From Marsupella aquatica (lineage: Eukaryota; Plantae; Marchantiophyta), in assembly GCA_973895155.1 (NCBI GenBank), contig OZ316896.1:10303525-10367524 (forward strand): 64,000 nucleotides of DNA, in the 5' to 3' direction. Every line of letters starts with the position of its first letter. The stretch's first letter is position 1. Position numbers and translations under genes: made by a program. Of this stretch, positions 1 through 11,948 are shown one piece after another. The notes under the pieces were generated by a model, which was not told the DNA's origin, ran no database searches, and saw nothing but the letters and a program-made list of their open reading frames with translations.

Positions 1-832
1 TGAGAGTGAGTGGTTAATTATATAACCAGTGTAGCCTGAGAACCCAGATTAAGTGATTGAGCTACACTCAGGTTTAACAAAGTACACTAGAGGTCCAACC
101 TTCAAACCTATGAGAAATCTCAGGTTTTGCAAACTACACTGTTCCTCGTAATTGATGATATGTAACAATTAGCATTACTAACATCTCGACTAACATTAAT
201 TTTGGTTAATTAAAATGATCTTGAGTCCAAAGTAACACTTATTGTTTTGGTTGTTCAGAATAGCTTTTTTCCACTTTTGTTCAATTGCTAGAAAAAAATG
301 GGTGATTTTGTGTATTCTTGTGTAATTTTCAAAGCCAATTTTTTCCTCTATTTTCCCACTCTTGAGACCACAGTAACACCAATTCATGGGTAGAGCCCTA
401 AATGTCTGCTCTCAAATTAGTGAGTAACACTACTTATGGTGAATAGTGTACAAGTTTTCACAATTTCACAGCTTTTGAAGGAGCTATACTATGAGTCAGG
501 TGGGACAGATTTGAAACCAAAAGTAGGAACAACAAACCTGCAAAGTATGACAGGAAATGTAGAACTCTCTCTCTTCTCTGCTCATTCAACCTAATTGTTT
601 GCTCTGGTCTTGCTTGCTGATCTTGTTCTTGATCTAGAACACCTGTCCAAAAGTTTAATGTTGCAATGGAACAGACTTCCAGCAAGGAGGATGCAAGCAA
701 TGCAACAATAGCCAGGGAGTCTTAAAGCTTCAATAGTCAACGAAGGGTGGCTTTTGGCCATAAACAAATGACCATAGCTTTTTCATAAGGATGTGTAAAA
801 GTTTTGTCTCAAGCGTCTTTTTTCCTCCCTTT

Positions 833-1176
833 TGTTGAGCATAGACGACATTCGTAACGGCAAGCCCATGAACCATCCAACGCACAATAGTCGACACAGA
901 GAGATACGTGGTTCACCTCCACATGAGACTACGTCCACAGGAACACACAAGAGCTTTACTGCACTCTAGGCCGACCGGCCATACCAAACATCCACAGCAC
1001 AAGCTCTCCCTATCTCTCAACTAGCTCCGTAACAATGAGCCTAAGTTCCACCAGGGTTTGGCATCAGCCCTGGCTATATGCACACCAGCACTACCACTAA
1101 CATTAGCTAAGTCCTAACCCGAGTTAGATTAACTGTGGTTAGCTCATGAGTCACAAGACTAGAGCAAAATCTAACA
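833..1176 (-). repeat. 3' LTR of the copia element
   Basis: tgttgagcatag...aaaatctaaca. Matches 22302-22645 with about 15 substitutions counted by eye, mostly transitions. Adjacent aactccccct (1177-1186) is the reverse complement of a polypurine tract. Confidence 0.95.
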
Positions 1177-1399
1177 AACTCCCCCTTGACTCTTGTCTTG
1201 GGGATTGGACTAAATGCAACCAAGGCATATGGAATCCTCAGCGGGAAGTTCTAGACAATCACCAAACCAGGTCTCCCCCTAAAAACCACAAGGGTTAACT
1301 AAGGGTTAACTAGAACTAAGCCGTAGCCTAACAGGAATGAATAATCCATATATAAATAGTCACACATTGCTAAATAACTCTACTTGTATTACAACTGCA

Positions 1400-3590
1400 A
1401 ACTTGCAAAGTAGCTCGGTGTCTTGAGAAACTCTCCAAAGGAATCACTTTGGTAAAAGCATTAGCGGGATTGAGCTTTCCATCAATCTTGACTAGCTCAA
1501 AAGTTTTTATCAGACACTGCTTGTCTGATAAAATGGTACCTGATATCAATGTGCTTCACCCTGCTATCCATCACCTGGTTAGCAGCCAAGTGAAGAGCAC
1601 TCTGACTATCACAGTTTAGAGTCATTTTTCCATGCTCTAAACCCATCTCCGCGATCAACTTGTCCAACCAAATTGCTTCCTTTGCTGCTTCTGCTGCTGC
1701 AACATACTCTGCTTCTGTAGTAGACTAAGATATGCACTTCTGCAAGGTAGATTTCCAACTGATACATCCTCCTCCAAGAGTAAATACAAACCCAGTTGTA
1801 GAACTCCTTGTATCCAGACAGCCTCCATAGTCAAAATCTACATAGCCAACTAACGTTCTATTTGATCTGTTATCAAATAGTAATCCATAGTCCTGTGTTC
1901 CCTTCAGATACCTGAGAATCCACTTCACAGCTTCCCAATGTACCTTCCCTGGATTTGACATAATTCTACTAACCTTGCCCAACACTAGGGCCAAGTCAGG
2001 CCTAGTACAAGTCATCAAATACATCAGACTGCCTACTATCTTCTCATAAGGAATCTTAGCCATCAGACCTTTCTCCATAGCATCCGTAGGAGAGAAAGCC
2101 GATGATAACTTGAAATGTGAAGCTAAAGGAATACTCACTGGCTTACAGTTCTCCATGTTGAATCATGCAAGTACTTTTCTTGCATACTGGCCTTGACTCA
2201 AGCACAATTGTCCAATCTCAGAGTTCCTAAAAATCTCCATCCCTAAGATCCTCTTGGCCTTACCAAGATCCTTCATCCTGAATTAAGCACTCAATTTTGC
2301 CTTGAGACTGTCAACCTCAGATTGATCTTTAGCCACAATTAGCATGTCATCCACATAGATCACCAGGATGATGAAACCAAATACATCATTCTTGACTGAT
2401 TTTGTATACACACAAGGATCATACACCATCCTTGTAAAACCTTGAGCAAGCATGAAATCATCAAATCGCTTGTTCCACTATCTAGGAGACTGCTTCAATC
2501 CATACAAGGACTTGAGCAATCTGCAAACTAAGTTCTCTTGTCCCTTCTTCATAAAGCCTAGTGGTTGTCTCATGAAGATCAACTCTTCCAAGTTGCCATA
2601 GAGAAAAATAATAACAACATCCATCTGATCCATCACCAGACCGAAAAACACAACAAGCTGACACAAGATCCGTATTGTGCAATACTTAGCCACCGGTGAA
2701 AAGACCTCATTGTAGTCCACTCCCTGGGCCCTCACTCTTACTATATAAAGTGAACCCCCCTGAGAACAGACACCCCCCATGTACCCCTTCTTAATATTTT
2801 TGTTCACAAAAAAAATCCCCTTGTTAATGTAAAAATATTAACTTTTCCTATTAAATTTTATCCTTTTGTAAATTATAATATAGTTTTTCAAGGAATTGAA
2901 AACATCCTTGAATTTTTAAAATTGCAAATATCATACTGAAATAGATAAGACTTTATTTTGCATAGGGGACTTGTATGTTACGCCCTTTGTTTAGGGTACA
3001 TATTTTATATAGTTAAACAAAATTAGTACCAGAGAATTATAGTTCTTCCTGTAGTATACAGACAAGCATGGCTGCACTATCCTCTCAGTGTTCCTAAAGC
3101 CCACGAAACCAAACTTGCCTTAGGACGACAAATAATTAAATGTCTGATTTACTATATGAACATGTGTGCAAGTGAAGTGATGACATGTGTGCCAACCATA
3201 TAGTGACGCGTGTACTTGGCATTTTGGGTACCCTTGCATAAGATTAATGTGACATGTATTTGATAAGAGCCTTATTACTAATATTGTGCTGAATATATAT
3301 ACAAGGATGTTGCCTACTTTAAAAACTATTATAAAAATTAGTTTGCATTACATTAAAAATACCCTTGCGATGTTCGCACGTCCTCCCTGTATTAGTAACG
3401 CTTAGGGCCCAGGGAGTCCACTCCTTTCTCTTGAGTGAACCCCTTGGCAACAAGCCTTGCCTTGTAGATCTTATCTCCACCCTCTGAAGGACTGTCCTTC
3501 AACTTGTAAATCCACTTGCTGTCCACCACTTGCTGATCTCTTGGAAGCTCCACCAGCTCCCATGTCTTGTTGTCACTTAAAGATTGCAAC
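1400..3590 (-). pseudogene. Copia reverse transcriptase / RNase H (stops; interrupted by MITE 2722-3414)
   Basis: Motifs KARLVAKGFTQ, KSLYGLKQSPR, IYVDDML (~2341-2360), TRPDLA, GYVDFDYGG, ISWKSTLQ. Premature stops present. Left boundary approximate. Confidence 0.93.
2722..3414. mobile_element. Non-autonomous TIR element (MITE), copy 1, 693 bp
   Basis: 11-bp TIR CCCTGGGCCCT; 8-bp TSD AGTCCACT (2714-2721, 3415-3422); AT-rich interior; interrupts RT. Confidence 0.92.
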
Positions 3591-3595
3591 TCCCT

Positions 3596-5282
3596 CTACA
3601 TTGTTGCATTCCACTCATGTTTATGCTCTGAAGCACAAGCCTCACTGTACGAAGAAGGTTCTCCTTCTTCCAAGATCAAAGCCATGTCATCATCATCAGG
3701 TGCAATGTCAATATCATCTAGCTTAGATGAGTCTGCCCATTGACCATACCTGGTAGGAGCTCTAGTAGAACGACTGGAAGTTCTTCTACTAGATGACTTA
3801 GGCTGATCTGCTGCTGCTATTGGTTGAATTTGAGGTACCCCAGCAACAATCCGCTCCTCTTGTTCCATCACGAGAACCAGCTCCAAGCCCGGAGCTTCTC
3901 CATCTCTCCTATCATGAACAACATCATGACTAATCTCCCCCTCAACACCGTCTGGGATGGGAGATTTTCCCTTGTCAGTATGGGAGTCCTGAGAACTCTC
4001 CCCCTCCTTTGATGATCTGGACTCATTAAAAGACACATCTCTACTGACAATTAGTTTACAAGTTACTGGATCCCATAACCTATAACCCTTCACACCTTTC
4101 TGATAGCCAAGGAAAATGCACTTCTTCGACTTGGACTCCAGCTTGGATCGAAGCTAGGAAGGTGTAAGCACATAAGCATCACATCCAAAAATCCTCAGAT
4201 GTGAGTAATCTGCTAGACATCCGTACCTCATTTCAAATGGCGTCTTGAATCCAATAGAACTAGATGGAGAAAAATTTACCAAATAAGCTGCAGTGTTGAC
4301 AGCTTCAGCCCAAAACTCATGTGGTAAGCATGATTGACTCAACATACTCCTCGAGCGGTCCAATAGTGTTCGGTTGAGTCTCTAAGAAACATCATTCTGC
4401 TGAGGAGTATAACTTGTTGTGAGATGGCGGGTAATGCCCTGTGTTAGATATTGCTCTAGTCTTGTGACTCATGAGCTAACCACAGTTAGTCTAACTCGCA
4501 TTAGGACTTAGCTAATGTTAGCGGTAGTGCTATTGTGCATATAGCCAGGGCTGATGCCAGACCCTGGAGGAACTTAGGCTCATTGTTACGGAGCTAGTTG
4601 AGAGATTGGGAGAGCTTGTGCTGTGGATGCTTGGTATGGCCGGTCGGCCTAGAGTGCAGTAAAGCTCTTGTGTGTTCCCGTGGACGTAGCCTCATGTGGA
4701 GGTGAACCACGTATCTCTCTGTATCGACTCTTGTGCGTTGGATGGTTCATGGGCTTGCCGTTACGAATGTCGTCTATGCTCAACACCCTGCTCCTTACAA
4801 TACGTTCCAAATTCCCCGGAACAATATTCACCGCCATTATCTGATTGAATATATCTCACCTTATTACCAGTCTGATTCTCAACTTGGGCTTTCCACTCCT
4901 TAAAAGTGGTAAAGACATCAGACTTATTGTGTAGAAAGTATATCCACACATACTTTGAGTAATCGTCTATGAACGTGACATAGTATAACCGTCCAGAATG
5001 TGAGGGAGTAGGGGCTGGACCCCACACATCACTATGTACATACTCAAGTACCTCCTTGCTAGTGTGAACTCCAACTCCAAAGGGTTTCCTGTGCTGCTTC
5101 CCAAACACACAATGCTCACAAAATTCCAACTTACAAGATTGCAAATTAGAAAGTAATCCTTTCTTCTGAAGAATAACCAAACTTTTTTCACTCATGTGGC
5201 CCAAACGGAAGTGCCACAGCCGGGCCGTTTCCTCATGAGATAAGGTTACATTGGCTTCATCACAAACTACACTGCCCTCCAA
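3596..5282 (-). pseudogene. Copia integrase with GAG-pre-integrase region (interrupted by solo LTR 4442-4785)
   Basis: LWHFRLGHMSE, CEHCVFGKQHR, VHSDVWGP, SDNGGEY, FWAEAVNTAAYL, KGYRLWDP. Confidence 0.93.
4442..4785 (+). mobile_element. Solo LTR of the same copia family, opposite orientation
   Basis: Reverse complement of the host LTR; 5-bp TSD CCCTG (4437-4441, 4786-4790); removal restores integrase ...YCKEQG-ITRHLTTSYTPQQN. Confidence 0.95.
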
Positions 5283-5285
5283 AAC

Positions 5286-5975
5286 CCCTGGGCCCTAAGC
5301 GTTACTAATACAGGGAGGACGTGCGAACATCGCAAGGGTATTTTTAATGTAATGCAAACTAATTTTTATAATAGTTTTTAAAGTAGGCAACATCCCTGTA
5401 TATATATTCAGCACAATATTAGTAATAAGGCTCTTATCAAATACATGTCAGATTAATCTTATGCAAGGGTACCCAAAATGCCAAGTACACACGTCACTAT
5501 ATGGTTGGCACACATGTCATCACTTTACTTGCGCACATGTTCATATAGTAAATCAGATATTTAATTATTTGTCGTCATAAGGCAAGTTTGGTTTCGTGGG
5601 CTTTAGGAACACTGAGAGGATAGTGCAGCCATGCTTGTCTGTATACTACAGGAAGAACTATAATTCTCTGGTACTAATTTTGTTTAACTATATAAAATAT
5701 GTACCCTAAACAAAGGTGTAACATACAAGTCCCCTATGCAAAATAAAGTCTTATCTATTTCAGTATGATATTTGCAATTTTAAAAATTCAAGGATGTTTT
5801 CAATTCCTTGAAAAACTATATTATAATTTACAAAAGGATAAAATTTAATAGGAAGTTAATATTTTTACATTAACAAGGGGATTTTTTTTGTGAACAAAAA
5901 TATTAAGAAGGGGTACATGGGGGGTGTCTTTTCTCAGGGGGGTTCACTTTATATAGTAAGAGTGAGGGCCCAGGG
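5286..5975. mobile_element. Same MITE family, copy 2, inverted relative to copy 1, 690 bp
   Basis: Near-identical reverse complement of 2722-3414; 8-bp TSD TCCAAAAC (5278-5285, 5976-5983). Confidence 0.92.
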
Positions 5976-5983
5976 TCCAAAAC

Positions 5984-6944
5984 GTATAGATTGCTATGTC
6001 TCTTTCCCGACCTTCAATACAACTTTAGTACCAGTTGAAACCTGAAGGACACCATTAGCAGAACTCCACTGATGGCCATTTTCTTCTAAAACTCCAAGTG
6101 AAATGAGATTTTTCATCATGCTGGGAATATATCTCACATTCCTCAATGTTCTTACAGCACCATCAAACATCTGAAATCTAACAGATCCAAGTCCAACCAC
6201 TTGACATGGGATTCTATTTCCCATCAACACTGAACCGTTGGAATTTGTATAAGAACTGAAAAAATCTCTCCTAGAGCAAATATGAAAAGTACATGCACTA
6301 TCTAGAATCCAGTCATCACTACCTGGATTTGACACTACGTTGAGAGCATAACCTTGACATCACAATATGTCATCATCATCGAGTAAATCTACCTCATGCG
6401 AGCTCAATGCCGCGTTAGCAGAGGCAGTAGGGACCTTTACTCGACAATCCCTTTTCATGTGGCCAGGCTTACCACAATTCCAACATGCAAGAGGCTTCCT
6501 CTCTTGCAATTTCCCTCTGGATTTAGATCTCCCCCGTGATGTAGATCTAAACCTGTTCTGCCCATTCGTGCGCTGCGCTGCTCTTCCCCTATTCACATTG
6601 AGCGTAGTGCCAGAAGAATATGATGTCTATGATTGACCCAGCTTCTTTTGAGCATCATCAGACAGTAATGAGCTCACCACCTCATAATACGAAATGGACT
6701 TCAGATCTCTATACAAGAGCACCTATTTCAAGCCCTGATATGACGGGGGTAAGGAGCTTAGCAGAAGCAAGGCCTTATCCTCATCTTCAACTTCTTTTCC
6801 CAGGTTTGACAGATCCACCGCTAGACTGTCAAACTCATCCAGGTGATCCTACATCTTGCTCCCTTCCTTGAGCCTAAGGCTCATCAAGAGAGACTTCTTG
6901 TATAGTCGGTCTGACGCATCTTCCCGGTAGTACTTCTCTCTTAA
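5984..6944 (-). pseudogene. Copia gag C-terminal part, zinc knuckle and aspartic protease
   Basis: Zinc knuckle CWNCGKPGHMKRDC; protease WILDSACTFHIC. Confidence 0.9.
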
Positions 6945-7574
6945 AACACGATTTCAGACCGAACGAGAACTATTTCCTCTAAACGAGAAGTGTATTTTCA
7001 TTTTCCGCCGAATCTCGCGAAATTGGCAGTTTTTTTCATCAAAAACGCGTTTTTGGGGAAATAATGTAATTCGTATCGGAGTTTGGATTGAAACAGCAAA
7101 TTTAATAATGATCAAAACCAATGAAATTTATGCTAACAAACATTCATATTATCAAGGAACAATTAGATCCGAAAAACTTTCTCCTCGACCTCATATTCAC
7201 GCTCTCCGAAGATATATGAAAGGTCTTATCTATAAGTCCATATCCACGTTTCGAGCCAAGTGCGATAACTGTATCGGACTCCGGATTTGAGCCACGAAAG
7301 CTTTGACCCAATCTCAGGTTTCTCAATTTTTGGATATTTACCAAAAATATTTTATATCACAGTCGATAAGAATTACTGCACGGTTCGTCAAACTTACCTT
7401 GCAGTTACCTCCGCAATTGACCAGTTACCTCCGCAAGTGACCATAGTCAACATGCCATTTTTTCAACAGCAATGCGCAGTCCGATAAAATTATCGTGAAA
7501 ACTACGGGCGACAAAAATACTAGTCGACAATACTAAGATCCTTCGGTTCATCGGTTAAATTTCAAAATTCCTAT

Positions 7575-7780
7575 CCATATGAAGAAAACTCTTCGCAATA
7601 CCAACATCAGATAAATTTATCGCTTCAATTTCAAAATTGCAACTTCCATATGAAGGAACCACTTTTGCAATACCAACATCAGATAAATTTATTGCTTCAA
7701 TTTCAAATTGCAACTTCCATATGAAGGAACCACTTTTGCAATACCAACATCAGATAAATTTATCGCTTCAATTTCAAAAC
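7575..7780. repeat. Three tandem ~72-bp subterminal repeats, each with GATAAATTTATCG
   Basis: ccatatgaagg...caataccaacatcagataaatttatcgcttcaatttcaaa repeated three times. Confidence 0.9.
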
Positions 7781-8064
7781 TATATAATTTTGCCACAATG
7801 CACGTGTGAGAATGAAATTGGAAATCCAAGAAATATACCCTTTTCTGCTATTTTGTCGTTTAGGGTGACAGCCAATCAAAAGTGGACACGTGGGCCAACC
7901 CCTCAACAGACACTATAAAAGGGCCACCGCCGATAAGTTTTTGGCGTCATTATCGAGAGTAGAGTTTTGGGAGTTGTGTTCTTGGAGCAACATTCTGTCC
8001 GTTGAGCCTTTTGTTTTCCCTGATTGCGGGAGGAATGCAAAGCCCCATAGTGTCTCGGATAGCC

Positions 8065-11000
8065 ATGTCTCAATCAGACACAGATTCACCTTCCAGTTCA
8101 GTTGAATCCTCTCCTAATCTTGTCGCTCGCTGTTTGCCAAGTCGCATACTTAAAGCTCTACCTCTCTCACAGCAAATAGTGCCCAAAATCTGACTCAGAT
8201 TTTGATGCAAGTTCTGGTTCTGAGCCCAGTGCTTACTATGTGTCGCCTAGTAAACCTGAGAAGCATCGTCACTTGAGCATTCCATCGCCAAGAAATGAGA
8301 AACTTTCAATCCCAGGTTTAGGTCCGAGACGTCGCTTCAGGCCATCCATCCCGGGTTATGGAGAGGGTATCCGGCGACCGATACGCGTATCGCAGTCGGC
8401 ATTCAAGTCGCCACATTCAACACAAGTTCAATGACCGATCTTTCAGTCTCTGGGTGAGGATCGGGACACAGAAAGACAAAGACCGATACAACGATCGGTC
8501 TTTGCATTGCCTGGACTGGATGTGCGAGCAAGCGAGGGAATTGGACTGCGAAGTCCAGACTCAGCCCTTTCTCGAATGGTCCGTGGGAATCATGGTGAAC
8601 AAGTGCTCAATTTTCCAGCAGCTCGCGGAGTCGTTGGGACTGCACGTGCGAATCCAGAATCTCCAAGTTCTCAAGGGCGGACTGTCATTGGTTCCAAGCT
8701 CCAAGTATCGAGGAGAGGTCTTAGTGGCGTTCGGGTTATGTATAGAGAGCCACGGAGTCCAATTGTGTTTTCAGATGAGTCGAGTGCATCGGAGGACGAA
8801 GATGAGGAAGGAGATAGAGAATCCGATATAATAGCACAAGTTGTGTCTGAATGTTTAGAAGGAGCTGTCGAAGAGAATAGCTATAGTCGTCTATTCAGTG
8901 CCCCTCTAAATGCGTCAAGGAGATCTATAGAGGATGGTAGCTTAGCAGAGAGTGATGCATCTATTCGCGAGGCACCTGAAGGACCCAAAAATGCAATGTT
9001 ATGAACGGATTTCAGGTTGTAGAGAAGTCAAATGAGCCTAGTAAAAAAGATAGGGACCGAATTACTAGGAAAGACAATGTGATAAATGACAAATTGAATA
9101 GAAACAAAATGAGAGAAATTCATAAGTATTCGTGTTGTGATAATTACTGTCTGCGGAATTTGGATCTGCTAACCGTGATGAAACAACGCACTTATTACTA
9201 TGGGCTATCCTACCCAGAGAAGAACGTCCTTCCAAGAGGATGTGTGAAGGGTGGGCATGCTGGTGCAAGTGGTTACTCAGTTAGCGGTAGATCCTTTTGT
9301 CGGAGTAGTTTTAAGAAATTATTTTCACTAGGAAATAATCGTCTCCAAAAAATCTCGCAGAACATGTTTTCTCGGATACAGATCGGTACAGTTTGTCAAG
9401 AAAAATCACCCGCACATCTTGGTCTCGTCTAATGGCTGGATGATTTTTTTCCAGAAATGTCGAGAGTCTCCCCAACAAGGATATCTTTCATTTACCTGAC
9501 AATTGGACAAAAACATAAGTTTTTGATGCCTTCCAGTCCGAAACTCTAATGCGCCAAGAACAAGGCATGACATATTCGTGGTTTCTTCGCATTTGGAACA
9601 AGGAGTTTCCTCGCGTGCGCATCCCCAAAAGGAGCCGTTTCTCCACCTGCGCCCCGTGTACTGAATTCAAAGCACTCCGTGACAAGGCAACACTCGAAGC
9701 AGAAAAGAGTAAGTTTCTAAACCTGTGTGTTACTCCCGATAATTTTATCGGGTTGAGTATTCATGTGCTTCTTCTTTGGCCATGTGAGTGAATATATCGT
9801 TTGAACAGTTTGAATACTGAACCTGATAAATTTATCGCTGTCACAGTTTTTCATTACGGTCGTGTGTTTGAATACTGAACCTGATAAATTTATCGTTGTC
9901 AGGGTTTATCATTACGGTCTTGTGTTTGAATACTGAACCCGATAAATTTATCGTTGTCAGGGTTCAACATTACGGTTATCATGTTTTGTCCTAAACATTT
10001 TTATTATTGTAGGAAAATTCTCAACATTGCTAAACGAGCATCGGAAGGCACAAGCAGTCGAGAGGGAGAAGTTAGCAAAGCACCGGAGCAAATGTTACAA
10101 GAGCCCGGAGAAATATTTAGGCATCTGTATTGATGGAATGGATCAAAAGAAGACAGAGTTACCTCATTTTATTTGGTGTCCGAAGAATATGGATGAAAAG
10201 TATTTCATCCCCGTACACGTAGTGGGTTGTTTGATCTTCAACAAACAATTAAGTTCAAATGTTTTTTTGAACTATCCAAATATTCACAATGATAGCAACC
10301 TGACCATCCACGTTATCCAGCATATTCTGAATACCTGGGAAGGTCTGCTCCCTCCAGTGCTTTACCTCCAGCTTGATAACACAGCTCGGGAAAACAAGAA
10401 TAAATATCTTATGGCATATTTGAATATGTTGGTGGAGATAGGTGTTTTCCAGAAAATAAAGGTTGGTTTCCTATTGGTGAGGCACACCCATGATCAAATT
10501 GATCAAATGTTTAGCAAGTTTTCTTCAAAATTGAACAAGCGGAAAGCTTTCCGATTGGACACTCTTTCAGCAATCATAGAGGAATCCTACAATCCTACGG
10601 CAAAGATATTTTTCGTCGACGAGGTTGCCGATTTCAAGAAATTTGTGTCAGACAAGGATCAAGCAAATGACAAGGATATGGATGGTCAGGTTCTACGTAC
10701 TCTCCACGACATAAGTGCTCAAAAACAATTTTGGATTACTAGAGTACTTGAAGATGGAAGTGCTCGGTCCGTATTCCATGCCAAACATCTTTCAACGACA
10801 ATCGATTGGGGGGAGACGGTGGATTTTGTTCGGTACATTCCATCATCTGGAATGTGGGTCGCACCACAAATAGCATTGAAGTCGGCCACGGGAGCGACAG
10901 GAGACAATGAAGAGCAAGAGAATGATGCTGAGGAACAAGATGAGCGAGCAACTCAAAGTTATTTGTCAACTCTTCAAAAATATCGAAGAGCAATTGAAGA

Positions 11001-11621
11001 TGGATTCAATTACTTTGATGACGCAGATCGTCTATGGTGGGGTCGTTTTTTGATAAACAAAAAGAAGTGATTCAGCACCACCTGAAACCTGCACAATGGA
11101 GTTTTGATTGGAGTTGGCCCAAGGTAAACGTATAGAGAGAACTTCCGAGTAATCCTACGGAAGCAGCAATGGAACCTAGCTTGGTTGATAAAGTAGCGGG
11201 TGTGAGGACAGTCATGTATTCCGGAAGTCGAAGAAAAGTCACGGAAATTGGAGACTTCAAGGATCTAGAGGTGAATACTAAATTTGCAATGATATGTGTA
11301 GCAGCCCATCAGGATCCCAAGGGAAGACCATTCTGGATGGCAAAAGTGACTGAGATTCTCACAAGAATTAATGACATCCCGGAGCGGATTAAAATCACTT
11401 GGTATGTAATGGATTCGGAGGAAGAGTCTGCAATTGAAGGCAGATATTATCTGGAGAAAGAGGCTTCGTCTAGCAAAGTACTGGAGGATGAATTGTCCCT
11501 ATCAGAAACTACCGTTTATGCGTATAACTTTGCGTTATTGGCAAATAGTACTCTCCCTATACAAACAAGACGAATCATTCAAAATGCAATGGAGACTGTA
11601 GTCGTTGATAATCGAAGCTAG
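8065..11621 (+). pseudogene. Sola-like/DUF7869-type DDD/E transposase of element 1, disrupted
   Basis: SCCDNYCL, FSTCAPCTEF, ICIDGMDQKK, LYLQLDNTARENKNKY, VRHTHDQIDQMFS. In-frame GT-AG intron 9709-10012. Stop at 9430 and frameshifts near 9000, 9450 and 11050. Start position approximate. Confidence 0.8.
9808..9978. repeat. Three tandem ~58-bp repeats in the transposase intron, each with the element-1 palindrome
   Basis: tttgaatactgaacctgataaatttatcgttgtc...cattacggt repeated three times. Confidence 0.9.
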
Positions 11622-11948
11622 TTTCAGGTTTAAGTTATAATGGTTATCGTTCCCATGAATATGTACAGTGGTTATCGTTCTGGGACTATGTACTCCGCAG
11701 CTATAATGATGTTTTTTTTAAAAATAATTTCAATTATAAACCAGTTAGAGAATACAATGCTGTCCGATAAGATTATCAACAACTCCATTCCCCCAGCAGG
11801 AACACCGCGACAGTCCGATATATGCAAAGTCCGATAAATTTATCGCATTAATAAATGTGACAAAGGTTCTTCCTCATGGAATACAGAATCCGATAAATTT
11901 ATCGACAACTTCATTGGTGATTGACATTATCCTAACGAGCACACGCAA

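Noticed and set aside
4442-4785. LTR bounding a separate full-length element
   Set aside because: Identical TSD on both sides and no adjacent PBS or PPT; it is a solo LTR.
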